Shown here in pieces: positions 17,361 through 27,300 of a DNA stretch of 64,000 nt. Position 1 is the stretch's first letter, and the number at the start of each line of letters is the position of its first letter. The stretch is from a virus. The stretch spans positions 10,703 to 74,702 of the IMG/VR virus record IMGVR_UViG_3300025133_000077. One strand, 5' to 3'. The translations under genes and the position numbers were made by a program. A model generated the notes under the pieces. It did not search any database, had not been told where the DNA came from, and saw only the letters and a list, made by a program, of their open reading frames with translations.

Positions 17361-18572
17361 ATGGCCAAACGAAAGACCGCGACCCGCGGCCCCACCCGCA
17401 AGGAGCGCCTCGAGGCGTTCGAGAAGCACGTCGGCAAGGAGTACAAGGGCAAGGGCCTGCTGATGAACGGGGACGAGTACGAGGCGCCCTTCATGGTGCG
17501 CCGGATCCCCACCGGCATCCTGGAGCTCGACCTCGCCCTGAACGGCGGCTTCCCCTGTGGCGGCGTCTCCGAGATCATCGGAGCCGAGTCCTCGGGCAAG
17601 ACCACCCTGCTCAACCAGGTGTTCCGGTACCAGCAGCAGATCCTCGGTGACGAGGCCGCCCTCGCCATCGGCATGACCGAGCAGCCCTTCGACAGAGGCC
17701 ACGCCAAGTTCAACTGCGGCGTCGACGTCGCCATCCACCCGAAGGAGATCGACGCCATCGAGGCCACGCTGAAGCGGAAGCTCACCAAGGAGGAACGGAC
17801 CGCGCTGGGCAGCCAGACGGGCTACTTCAAGGAGCTGGTCGCCGGCACCGTCGAAGCGCTGTACGACATGCTCCTCGACGCCGTCGCGTCCAAGGCGTTC
17901 CACGTCATCGGCCTGGACTCCTGGGGCTCCATCCTCACCGAGGCGGAGCACGACTCCACCATGCAGGACAAGAAGTACGCCGGCGGCGGCGGGGCCAGCG
18001 TCAACGCCTCCTGGGCTCGGCGCCTCTCCCCCGAGTTCGTCATCCCCAAGGACGGGGAGCGCAACTACACCGCGCTGATCGGGATCAACCAGTACCGCGT
18101 GAAGATGAACGCCAACCCCAAGGCCGGGGCCATGAAGCAGATGAGCGTGCAGGGCGGCTACGCCCTCAAGCACATCAAGCTGGTCTCGATCTTCCTGGAG
18201 TCGTTCGATCTCACCGAGGAGGTCCGCGGCCGGCGCACCACCGTCGGCAAGCGCGTCAAGTGGACCGTGATGAAGGGGAAGGCCGGCTGCCACGACGGAC
18301 ACAAGGGCGAGTACGAGATCCGCTACGGCCTCGGCATCGATGTGCTCCGCGAGCACCTGATGGCGGGCCTGCTCCGCGGGGTCGTGGCCAACAAGGGGGC
18401 CTGGTACTACCTGCTGGACCCTGATGACGGCACGGAGGTCTTGAAGGCCTGCGGCAAGGACGCCTTCCTCGACCTGCTCAAGAACGAAGACGGAGCCCTG
18501 GAGTGGCTCCGCGACGCCGTCATCGACTACGAGGTCCGCGAGAACGGCGCCTCCTTCATCCCACCTCGATGA
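17361..18572 (+). CDS. recA: RecA/UvsX-like recombinase
   Basis: IPTG...LDLAL.GGFP, GAESSGKTT, GLDSW, INQYR, GGYALKH, GAWY. Confidence 0.95.
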   Translation: MAKRKTATRGPTRKERLEAFEKHVGKEYKGKGLLMNGDEYEAPFMVRRIPTGILELDLALNGGFPCGGVSEIIGAESSGKTTLLNQVFRYQQQILGDEAALAIGMTEQPFDRGHAKFNCGVDVAIHPKEIDAIEATLKRKLTKEERTALGSQTGYFKELVAGTVEALYDMLLDAVASKAFHVIGLDSWGSILTEAEHDSTMQDKKYAGGGGASVNASWARRLSPEFVIPKDGERNYTALIGINQYRVKMNANPKAGAMKQMSVQGGYALKHIKLVSIFLESFDLTEEVRGRRTTVGKRVKWTVMKGKAGCHDGHKGEYEIRYGLGIDVLREHLMAGLLRGVVANKGAWYYLLDPDDGTEVLKACGKDAFLDLLKNEDGALEWLRDAVIDYEVRENGASFIPPR

Positions 18573-18781
18573 TCCTCGCTGCTGTAGCGATCATCTCTGT
18601 CTCTGCCGTGATCGGGTTCCTTCTCGGAACCCACCTGCTCGGTCAGCGACGGCGCAGGGTGCCCCTCAACGACAGCGGCTACGGAAGGCCCTGCCCTGTC
18701 TGCGGGGCGGGGCCTACCACTCTGTGCCGCGAAGACGGCGCCACGCTCCTGTGGGAGATGCACGAGAGGAGAGCAGGATGA
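18569..18781 (+). CDS. small membrane-anchored zinc-finger protein
   Basis: N-terminal hydrophobic helix; CPVCGA.P...C...H.ER. Confidence 0.6.
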   Translation: MILAAVAIISVSAVIGFLLGTHLLGQRRRRVPLNDSGYGRPCPVCGAGPTTLCREDGATLLWEMHERRAG

Positions 18782-19209
18782 GGCTCTACTTGCGAGTCGC
18801 CGGAGGAGACTGGTTCTCTGGCTTCGCCGTAGTCGACATCGGCGCGGAGTACCTCAACACGCTTCGGCGCCGGCTGCAGCGCATCCAGCAGATGCACGAG
18901 CAGGACTCCGAGGCGTACCGGCACGTCTACTGGGACGGCTCCCCCGACATCTTCGAGGGAGACCCCTTCGAGGGCCAAGCGCCGCAGGCACAGGCCGAGC
19001 TGCAGATGAACTGCGTCGACGCCTACGGAGGCGTCTACTGGAAGTGGGTCATCAAGCACACCAATCGCGATCTGTACACCGAGATCCTGAAGCTGCCCCA
19101 GATCGAAGAGGCCCTGGCCGACGGAGGGTTCTGGGTCAGCCCGGAGCTGCAAGATCTGTGGCTGGAAGACGGGATAAGCGAGGCAACACCCACCATGGAG
19201 AAGCACTGA
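18778..19209 (+). CDS. hypothetical protein (143 aa)
   Basis: ATGA overlap, SD. Confidence 0.65.
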   Translation: MRLYLRVAGGDWFSGFAVVDIGAEYLNTLRRRLQRIQQMHEQDSEAYRHVYWDGSPDIFEGDPFEGQAPQAQAELQMNCVDAYGGVYWKWVIKHTNRDLYTEILKLPQIEEALADGGFWVSPELQDLWLEDGISEATPTMEKH

Positions 19210-19739
19210 TGCACCCGATCACCAACACGGACCTGCTGGTCCTTGACCTCGACCAGACGGTCCGAGGGAACGCTGTCGCCAACTGGCGCCCGCCCAACGA
19301 CACCGGCGAGCAGTTCATCTACCCCGGCGTCGCTCAGGTCCTCGCGACCTACGTGGACTCCGGCGTCACGGTGAAGTTCGCCACCAACCAGGGCGGCATC
19401 GAGGCGGGGCACATCACCCGCATGAAGACCGAGGAGATCCTGGAGGAGACGATGGATCTCCTCAACAAGGAGATCGGTCGGGAGATCTTCGACCTCGACG
19501 ACGTGGCGTACTGCCCCGCCGTCAACCGCAACCACCCCAACCGGAAGCCCAACCCCGGCATGCTCGACGGCTGGGCCAAGTACGAAGGGATCGGGAAATC
19601 CGATGAGGCGCGGCTGCGGTGCACGTACATCGGGGACCGCAACTCCGACCAGCAGGCCGCCCACAACGCGGGGTTCGAGTTCATGTGGGCCTGGGACTTC
19701 TTCGAGAACGTCCCCGAGCGCCCGGAGAACAAGCGATGA
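19209..19739 (+). CDS. HAD-IIIA phosphatase (polynucleotide 3'-phosphatase/GmhB-like)
   Basis: DLDQT, ATNQGG, RKPNPGM, IGDRNSD..AA..AG. Confidence 0.9.
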   Translation: MHPITNTDLLVLDLDQTVRGNAVANWRPPNDTGEQFIYPGVAQVLATYVDSGVTVKFATNQGGIEAGHITRMKTEEILEETMDLLNKEIGREIFDLDDVAYCPAVNRNHPNRKPNPGMLDGWAKYEGIGKSDEARLRCTYIGDRNSDQQAAHNAGFEFMWAWDFFENVPERPENKR

Positions 19740-19921
19740 GCACCCTGACGGTGAGCTTCAAGACGCCGGACGCCTTGGATGACGCCCTGGAGGGCCTGGA
19801 AGAGGGCTCCCTGGAACGAGAGAAGGCCGAGGCAGTGGCCGAGATCTTCATCAAGTACGGGGAGTACGTCACCATCGAGATCGACGTCGAGGCCAGCACC
19901 GCACGGGTGGTGAGGGCGTGA
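19736..19921 (+). CDS. small hypothetical protein (61 aa)
   Basis: FKTPDALD...YGEYVTIEID; coupled at both ends. Confidence 0.7.
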   Translation: MSTLTVSFKTPDALDDALEGLEEGSLEREKAEAVAEIFIKYGEYVTIEIDVEASTARVVRA

Positions 19922-20418
19922 AGGACTGCCCCAGCTGCGGGTCGAACTCCTGGAAGCCCTTCTTGGGGCAGGACCGCAAGCTCCAGTGCCGGAGCTGCGA
20001 GAGGGTCTTCCCCAAGAAGGATCTGAAGACCAAGGAGAAGAAGCGCAGCCACGGGCGAGGAGCAGCCAGGCAGCGGATCCGCCGGAGCAGGAACAACGAG
20101 TTCCGGCGGGCCGCTGCCATCGGCGGGGAAGTCACCCCTGGTTCCGGCAACCGAGGAGCCTTGTCCGTGGGCGCCGACGTGTTCCTGAAATCTGTCCTCC
20201 GCGAGGAGGATAAGGAGACCGAGGCCTCGAGCTACTCGATCAAGTTCGCCGAGCTGATGAAGGTCGAGCGGCAGGCCAAGGCGAATGGCGAGCTCCCCGC
20301 TCTGCGGTTCATGTTCCTTAGGGATCGCCAGCGGCATCCCTACATCGTGCTGCGCGAAGAAGACTTCGATCAGCTGCTGACTCTGCTTAGGAGAGAAGTT
20401 GAAGATCCACACTCTTGA
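19918..20418 (+). CDS. Zn ribbon plus PD-(D/E)XK nuclease, Holliday junction resolvase-like
   Basis: CPSC...CRSC; E....A...GG..TPGSGN...GADV...EEDKET. Confidence 0.7.
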   Translation: MKDCPSCGSNSWKPFLGQDRKLQCRSCERVFPKKDLKTKEKKRSHGRGAARQRIRRSRNNEFRRAAAIGGEVTPGSGNRGALSVGADVFLKSVLREEDKETEASSYSIKFAELMKVERQAKANGELPALRFMFLRDRQRHPYIVLREEDFDQLLTLLRREVEDPHS

Positions 20419-21229
20419 CGACCTGAAGAGGGCGGGCGAAGCCGTGGCGATGGGGGTCTTCAAGACCTTCTCGTTCCGCAACGACCTGCTCAAGTACATG
20501 CGGGAGCACCGCAACCGGCGGAGCGGGGACCGGACGACCAAGGAGTTCTTCTGCCACCCCTGTGAGGGCACGGGAACCCTCAAGGAGCGCCCGCGCTCCG
20601 TCGACGTGCTGCACCCGTCCAGCTTCGGTCCCTACGGCTGCCACCAGCGGCTCTGGTACGACTTGCACGGCGTCATCGAGGAGGTCAGCTGCTTCGACCC
20701 GGAGCTGCTGCTCATCTTCGATGTGGGCCACTCCCTGCACGGGATGCTGCAGACCTACGCCCACCGGATGTACGGGGACGCCTTCGAGGACGAGGTGCGG
20801 ACGAAGGACAGGCTCGGGCTGATCAGCGGCTCCACGGACGGCCTCTGGACCTTCCCGAGGATGCGGATCATCTGGGAGATCAAGACCATCAACCGGAAGG
20901 GGTTCGAGGGCCTGTCCAAGCCGAAGCCGGAGCACATCTGGCAGGCGATGACCTACGCCCGCCTGAACAACGTCCCCTTCATCCTCTTCACCTACATCTG
21001 CAAGGACAACTCCCAGATCGTCGAGTACTACGTCCTCTACGACGAGGAGATCTGGCAGAAGGTCAACGCCTTCATCACCGCCGTCATCGAGTGCGACTCG
21101 GATGACGGACCTGGCGCGACCACCGCCCTGGGCAAGCCGGTGAACAAGTTCGCCTGCAAGAGCTGCGGCTACCGCAGCGAATGCGTCGTCAGCAAGTACC
21201 AGCCGCCGAGGAGGAGGAAGCAGCGATGA
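20399..21229 (+). CDS. Cas4/AddB-like PD-(D/E)XK exonuclease
   Basis: HPSS...C.R, G..LH, GSTDG, EIKT, QAMTY, CKSC.Y...C; start uncertain. Confidence 0.85.
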   Translation: MKIHTLDDLKRAGEAVAMGVFKTFSFRNDLLKYMREHRNRRSGDRTTKEFFCHPCEGTGTLKERPRSVDVLHPSSFGPYGCHQRLWYDLHGVIEEVSCFDPELLLIFDVGHSLHGMLQTYAHRMYGDAFEDEVRTKDRLGLISGSTDGLWTFPRMRIIWEIKTINRKGFEGLSKPKPEHIWQAMTYARLNNVPFILFTYICKDNSQIVEYYVLYDEEIWQKVNAFITAVIECDSDDGPGATTALGKPVNKFACKSCGYRSECVVSKYQPPRRRKQR

Positions 21230-21804
21230 CCGGACGAAGCCGCGGGCGCCGTCGCCTGAAGGCGGACATGGAAGAGAAGCACGAGAAGGCCGCCGAGCTG
21301 TACGCGAAGGCGTACGACGAGGGGGTGGAGGAGCTCATGGGCAAGGGAGTGGATCTGTCCGTGGAGCCGCCCGAGCTGGACTTCGACGGCTCCATCCCCA
21401 CCAACCTGCCCGACCTGGACTCCCGAGAGCTGGGAGACCTGCTGGGCCAGTGCACCGAGTGGTTCAACTACGTCTCGCGGCTGATGGCTCTCGTCGACGC
21501 CCGCAAGACCACCCTGGAGCAGGCGCTCAAGGCCGCGGAGGCCGAGGTCCGCCGAGAGCTGACGCGTGACGCAGAGACCAAGAAGTACGAGAAGGACGAC
21601 GCCGTCCGCCTCGACGTCCGGGTGGTCAGCCTGCGCTACGAGTTCCTGCGGGCCGAGGTCCAGCACATCCTGCTGTACCGCAGCATCGTCCCCACATCGG
21701 AGAAGGCGTACGCCGCCGTCAGCCGAGAGGTGAGCCGTCGGGACCAGGAGCAGCACCAGCACAACCGCACGGGCGCCGTGGGGCGGCGCAGGAAGGGACG
21801 CTGA
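21226..21804 (+). CDS. helical protein, possibly a UvsY-like recombination mediator
   Basis: Coiled-coil character; located among recombination genes (function inferred). Confidence 0.5.
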   Translation: MTGRSRGRRRLKADMEEKHEKAAELYAKAYDEGVEELMGKGVDLSVEPPELDFDGSIPTNLPDLDSRELGDLLGQCTEWFNYVSRLMALVDARKTTLEQALKAAEAEVRRELTRDAETKKYEKDDAVRLDVRVVSLRYEFLRAEVQHILLYRSIVPTSEKAYAAVSREVSRRDQEQHQHNRTGAVGRRRKGR

Positions 21805-22388
21805 TGCCCGAGCTGCTGGTCGTCTACCCCGAGCTCCCCCTGACATCGAACCACGCCTACGCCACGGTGCGCGGAGACATGCGCGTGCTCAAGACGGAGG
21901 GGAAGCGGTGGAAGCGAAAGTTCCACGACTTCCTGTGGGAGAAGTATGGAGTGGCCCTGGACGAGCTGCTTACGTCTGCCGGCGACACCCAATGGTTGCT
22001 GGTCTCCTACCACTTCTTCTTCCCCTCCCTCGTGAACGCGGCCTTCATGGAGCGGCACAAGACCTCCCTGCCGGAGAGGCCGGGGAAGCGGGGGAAGAAG
22101 AAGATCACCCTGCCTGCTCAAGTGAAGGGGGAGCGGAAGACCCAGGTGCGCTTCAAGAAGCTCGACGCGAGCAACCGCCTGAAGCTCGTCGAGGACGCCC
22201 TGTCCGAGTCCCTCGACTTCGACGACAGCCGATTCCAGCTGGGGCCCGTGCTCAAGTACATGGACCCCGACAACCCGCGAACCGAGCTGCTGATTGAAGT
22301 CGTCGATCCGGTCGACTTCGGTGTTCCAGAGGAGTACGTTCGTGATCCCTCAAGTGCCGTGCCCGGCTCACGGCACGTTCGCCGATAG
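21804..22388 (+). CDS. rusA: RusA-family Holliday junction resolvase
   Basis: P.TSNHAY, DASNRLKLVEDAL, DDSR. Confidence 0.85.
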   Translation: MPELLVVYPELPLTSNHAYATVRGDMRVLKTEGKRWKRKFHDFLWEKYGVALDELLTSAGDTQWLLVSYHFFFPSLVNAAFMERHKTSLPERPGKRGKKKITLPAQVKGERKTQVRFKKLDASNRLKLVEDALSESLDFDDSRFQLGPVLKYMDPDNPRTELLIEVVDPVDFGVPEEYVRDPSSAVPGSRHVRR

Positions 22389-22716
22389 CCAGGGCCGAAT
22401 CCGCTACGCCCGTTCCGAGTCCAGGGTCATCTGCTTGATGGAGCGCTACTCCGCATGCTCCGACTGCGAGCACAGGAACTTCTCCCTGCTGGTGCTGAAG
22501 GGCGACAGCGAGGTGTCCTGCCCCATCCTGGAACAGGTCCTGGACGGAACCACCTGCGATGATGACCCGGTGCGGATCGCCGACGTCCAACGCATTCGGA
22601 AAGGAGGTGCGATCGACAGCTCGAACGTCACCATCGCCGCCTGCAACTCTTCCCCCCTTCAATCCTGTGCTGGATGTGAGGTCCGAAGGACATGGCTCTG
22701 CTCGACGAAGAAATGA
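22342..22716 (+). CDS. Cys-rich hypothetical protein
   Basis: GTG with SD GAGGAG; CPAH, CSDC, CAGC. Confidence 0.55.
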   Translation: MIPQVPCPAHGTFADSQGRIRYARSESRVICLMERYSACSDCEHRNFSLLVLKGDSEVSCPILEQVLDGTTCDDDPVRIADVQRIRKGGAIDSSNVTIAACNSSPLQSCAGCEVRRTWLCSTKK

Positions 22717-23009
22717 ACCTCACCGAGCTCCTGGCCTGCGCGGAAGCGCAGCAGCTGGGGGTTCTCCGGAGGAGCATCCCCCGCAAGAGGCTCGAGAGGA
22801 TCGTGGAAGGGGAGGAGTCCCCTCGCGACTCGGACGAGTGCTCCACCATGGACCTGCGCAAGGCCACCACTCGCTTCGTCGCCCGCTACCGGGACCGGAT
22901 CACCCTGCCGATTAGCGCCGGCGGGGTGGAGTGCAGCGGGGATTGCACGTCCCACGGCTGTCCCGCAGCCATCGCGATCAACTGCAACCACGACATCAAG
23001 CGGCGATGA
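22692..23009 (+). CDS. Cys-rich hypothetical protein
   Basis: SD AAGGA; C-terminal C.GDC..HGCP....NC. Confidence 0.7.
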   Translation: MALLDEEMNLTELLACAEAQQLGVLRRSIPRKRLERIVEGEESPRDSDECSTMDLRKATTRFVARYRDRITLPISAGGVECSGDCTSHGCPAAIAINCNHDIKRR

Positions 23010-23809
23010 CCATCGCTGCGAACACCTGCCTCTCTTGCCTCTCCATCGCGGAGTGCGCTGACGCGAGGAAGGCCGGACCAGATCGACTTACGGAACACTC
23101 CTGTTCCTCCTGGAGCAAGGCTCCTTCCTTCGTCCTGGCTGCCCGCCAGGACACCCTGAAACTGGGCCGCCCGGGGGCGCTCGCGCTCCTGAACACGCCC
23201 ACCCACCTGACCGGAATCGAGACACCTGACATGGCCAACGAGAAGTACGAAGCGCGACAGGAAGAGCTGTCCAACAAGCACCGCCCCGCCCTCAAGCGGG
23301 AGCTCAACGCCCTGCTCAAGCCCCTCTCGGGCAAGCAGCTGCGGGCCGCCCTGCAGACCTTCAAGCCCGAGGAGGACTGGCCCGCGGACGACGACGACGC
23401 GAAGAAGCGCGCGAACGCGCTGTCGCTGCGCACCCCGCAGCAGGAGATGGTCGAGTCCCTGCTCGCCATCGAGTTCCCCGCCGAGACCGAGGGGGAGGAG
23501 GAGGTCGAGGAGAAGCCCGCGGCCAAGCCGAAGCGGGCCGCCCGCAAGAAGGCGGCGCCCAAGAAGGCGGCTGCCCCGAAGGAAGAGGCCGCGGATGAGT
23601 CCGGCGTCGGGGCCAAGGTCGCCGAGCTCGGCGTCGTCCTGAACGACGTCGCCACCTTCATGGAGGAGGAGCGCGAGGCCCGCATCAAGTTCGAGGAGAA
23701 CGTCGGCCTGGCCCTGGTGGTCATCGCCAACGGCGTCGACCTCGAGAACGGCTACGGCAGCCTCGAGGAGATCGTCGAGTTCGGCAAGGAGCTGACCGCG
23801 GAGGGGTAG
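23006..23809 (+). CDS. hypothetical protein with Cys-cluster N-terminus and histone H1-like AKP-rich linker
   Basis: CLSC....EC; KPAAKPKRAARKKAAPKKAAAPK; alternative start at 23230. Confidence 0.7.
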   Translation: MTIAANTCLSCLSIAECADARKAGPDRLTEHSCSSWSKAPSFVLAARQDTLKLGRPGALALLNTPTHLTGIETPDMANEKYEARQEELSNKHRPALKRELNALLKPLSGKQLRAALQTFKPEEDWPADDDDAKKRANALSLRTPQQEMVESLLAIEFPAETEGEEEVEEKPAAKPKRAARKKAAPKKAAAPKEEAADESGVGAKVAELGVVLNDVATFMEEEREARIKFEENVGLALVVIANGVDLENGYGSLEEIVEFGKELTAEG

Positions 23810-23820
23810 CAGCCCGTCCA

Positions 23821-24102
23821 GTGCGGGAGGCTGCGAGTGGGAAGTCGGCGCCGAAGAAGCGCCGGCCTCCTGCTCGCAGTGCCGGACGGGTCGATCCCCC
23901 GACCGACGAGGACCTCGTCCGGGTGAACTCGGAAGAACTCCGGGGCATGACGGACGAAGAGCTGGTGAAGTGGGCGTCCACGATCCTGGGTCTGCAGATC
24001 CAGGAGGCCGACCTGGTCTACAAGGGCGACCGCATCGTGGGCTACAAGCGATCCAGGATCCTCACCAGGATCCTGCAGCTCGCCTACCTCGTCGAGGAGT
24101 AG
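23821..24102 (+). CDS. hypothetical protein
   Basis: Last gene of the plus-strand operon, followed by a hairpin. Confidence 0.6.
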   Translation: MREAASGKSAPKKRRPPARSAGRVDPPTDEDLVRVNSEELRGMTDEELVKWASTILGLQIQEADLVYKGDRIVGYKRSRILTRILQLAYLVEE

Positions 24103-24104
24103 AG

Positions 24105-24132
24105 GGTGAGCCGGTCTGCGGACCGGCTCACC
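24105..24132. terminator. 12-bp hairpin at the convergence of the two long operons
   Basis: GGTGAGCCGGTC-TGCG-GACCGGCTCACC. Confidence 0.7.
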
Positions 24133-24385
24133 GCCCCCTCTTCTTAGCGTGCAACCGCGTCGTGCGGCTCTTGGCGATCTCCGTCACCCGGTTCTGGTGC
24201 TCCGCGTAGTCGGCGCTCCGCGCGTGCACCTGCTTGCGCCTTCGCTCGACCTTCCACGGCGTGTCGACCACGAGCGTGGCCGCTGGAGACATCTGGGACG
24301 GCTGCGGCTCTCGAACGGGGGCCCTGCGCCGCGGGGCAGTGCGGGTGCCCTGCTTCTGCTTCTCGGCGAGGTCCCGCGGGTTCAC
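24128..24385 (-). CDS. small basic protein
   Basis: GTGA overlap with the fibre gene stop. Confidence 0.6.
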   Translation of the reverse strand: MNPRDLAEKQKQGTRTAPRRRAPVREPQPSQMSPAATLVVDTPWKVERRRKQVHARSADYAEHQNRVTEIAKSRTTRLHAKKRGR

Positions 24386-27300
24386 GGGTTCATCCGGGTG
24401 TAGCGGCAGCCGAGCGTGGCGCCGCGGAACCGGAACCGGGTGAAGTCACTCCAGTTCGGGGAGCTGCCGGAGTCGTGGTTCGGGATTCCCCACCGAGTCG
24501 CTCCGGGGAAGGCGTAGTCCCCGGCGACACCGATCCCGTCCAAGAACTGATACTCCGTGATGGACCCGACACCCCAGCACTTGATCACCAGGCTGTACGA
24601 GTACTGCCTACGGTCGACCTGCAGGAGCCGCTCGTTCTTGGGGGTTCCGAAGGGGTCCGTCAAGTCGATCTTCGTCAGCAAGAAGGCGTCGTCGTTGTAG
24701 AAGTCCCCTCCCGTGAGGATGCTGCAGTCGGTGTGGAGCGAGTTGATCGTGGAGATGGACTGAGGGTCGGGCTGCGCCGGGAGCGGCACCCCCTCGAGGT
24801 CCACTACCTCCTGGTGAATCAGCTCGCCGAAGCCTCCCCCGAATGCCTGCCAGGACACCACCTCCGTGGCAGCCACCGTGTTGCCGCGTGGGTCCTGGGG
24901 CAGGTTCTCTGTGGGAAGCACCGACTGGCGCCACACCTCGATGAGGAAGCCCTCGCGCGCGATGCCCGTGCCCTGCAGCCCCGGGTCGCTCTCGCAGTCC
25001 ACGTCCCGGAACACGCACCACGTCGGGACGTGGCTGCCGTCGTCCTTGGTCTTCATGACGATGGGGTTGATGGCGGGGAAGATGCTGGTGACGACGCTGA
25101 GGGTGGAGAGGATCGACCCGTGTGGCGGGTCAAGAGGGACCACGTGGCCCACCATGCCCCCTCGCCGACCTGCATCCAGGGTCTTGTGGCCCAGGGTCCC
25201 TCCTCCCACGGACACCGGCGGAGCGAACTTGCCGCCCAAGAAGATGAAGGCAGCGTCGTTGCGTCCACGGAACCAGTAGTTCGCGGGAGACATCATGTCG
25301 ATGAACTCTTCGTTCTCGTCCTTGCGGATCCACGACACCGTAGGTGGGTCAGCGTACCCGTGGTCGTCCGTTCCCACCGCGCCGTACGCCCGCATGTCGC
25401 CGTACCCGATGCCTCCGTACGGCCCGGCGTTCCCCGGGCCGTAGCTCTTCCAGTCCAGCGCCTCGGTATGCAGCTCGAACCCAGACGCAACGGTCGCGCC
25501 GGTCGTGACCAGGTGGCCTGCGACGGCTGACCTCTGCATGTTCTCGACCGCGGCCTGGAAGACGTAGAGGTCGAGGCTGGACGCTGCTTCGGGAGGCAGC
25601 GTGTCTCCGAGCGCGAGGCGCAAGATGACCGGAGAGCCCGACTCCAGCGCGTCAGCTGTGTCCTCGCGGAGGTCGAAGCCCATCTCCGCGCTGTTGAACG
25701 TCAGCTGGACCGCCTGCTCGTCCTCGGGGTCGAAGGTCATCGTGAAGCTCTTCTCCACGCTGATCAGGTTGCCTCCGATCCCATCGACGAGGGCGACACG
25801 AATCGTCTTGTTCTGCCCCGTGGCCTGCGGCCCCGCAGCCAAATGCTTGAGCCGCAGCGTCACCTTGTAGCTGTAGTGGTGCTTGAACGTGTGCTGCCCC
25901 GTCTTGACGTAGGCGAACAGGTCCTCGGGATTGAAGGGGTTGCCTCCGTCCAAGGCCACATCCCACCGGATGTGGATCCCTCCCGATGTCTCCCCGTCGA
26001 AGGACTCGTCGAAGCGGGTGTCGATGTTGTACTTGACCGGCCCCGATACTCGAAAGGCCCACTCCCCGCTCTCGAAGTTCGTGAGGGCAGTGGCCGCCCC
26101 CCCGTCGCCCAACGGCTCCGCCAGGGGGTGCCACGCCTCATTGGCGATGGGGTGCCGGGAGGTGCCCAGCTGCAAACCCAGGCTCCAGGACCCGGGGTTC
26201 GCGTTGATGATCCCTGCCCCGTTGGCGTAGTCGCGGCGGGCCGCTGGAATGGTGCTGTCGAGCGACAACGATGTGACGCCGGCGATGGCCCCCAGGTCGA
26301 ACGCGGCCACCTTGCCGGCCTCGATGCGGCGCGTGCCGAGCATGGCAAAGCTCTCGAGGTCGACGTTGGCGAAGTGCCATCGGCTGCCGAGGATCGACGC
26401 CTTGTTCTCCCCGATGTCCGTCGGAAGAGTCACCCCCTCCTTGAGGACTTCCACCCAGTAGCGAGGGTTCTCCCCCTCGGGGATGTAGACGTTGATGATC
26501 GTGTAGACGCCGTCGTACTGATCGTCCACGGCATCGAGCTTCATCTGCTGCCCGATGTAGGCGGCCGGGTCCTCTGTGATCTTCCTCTCGCTGGCATCCC
26601 CGTCCCACACCAGGAAGCCGCTGCTCCTGGCGGAGCGGCTCTTGGTGGGGTCTGGCGGGAACAGGAGCACCGAGAACGACGCCGAGTCGTGCTTGGGCGG
26701 AAGGACCTGTCCCGGCTGGCCCAGCCGGGCGAGCTTCATCGTCCCGTCGACGGCCGTCGTGTGGTACCGCGTGGCGTCCACCGCGATCGGGGAGTTCGAG
26801 AAGCGCGACCCCATCGGCAGCTCGGTGTAGATGCCGCCGTACATGTTGTGGAGGTTGCCGCCCTCCGACCAGAAGCTGCGCGGATCCCACTGGTACAGGG
26901 CGCCCAGGAACTCGCCGGCGCCGCTCTGCATCATGGACCACTGGTCCTCGCGCGCGATCACAGCCGTCGCCTTGCCGTCGACGAAGGTGAGGTCGTCGGG
27001 ACTCGGAGGGGTCGAGTGCACGCCGCCGTTCTGCCAGCCCACCGCCACCAGCGCGGAGTCCGTCCCCTGCTGGGCCAGGTACAGGGCGGTGCCCCGCATC
27101 AAGGGGTCCTGGGCCGAGCCGTCCATGGAGTAGGTGTCGGCCAGGAAGGCCCCTGCCCAGCCGCCACGCTCCAGAGCCGTCGCAGGGTTGTTGCCTTCGG
27201 GGCTGAGGTCGTCCCCCTCCTGGGCGCCGGAGTGCCAGCTCTCGAGGCCGTTGGCCGGCATGTACGAGGAGAGGTAGGCCGCGGAGCCGACGGCCGCGTC

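Noticed and set aside
20399-21229. Cas4-like nuclease as a sign of CRISPR-Cas
   Set aside because: No repeat-spacer array or other cas genes were seen; solo Cas4-like exonucleases are common in phage recombination modules.
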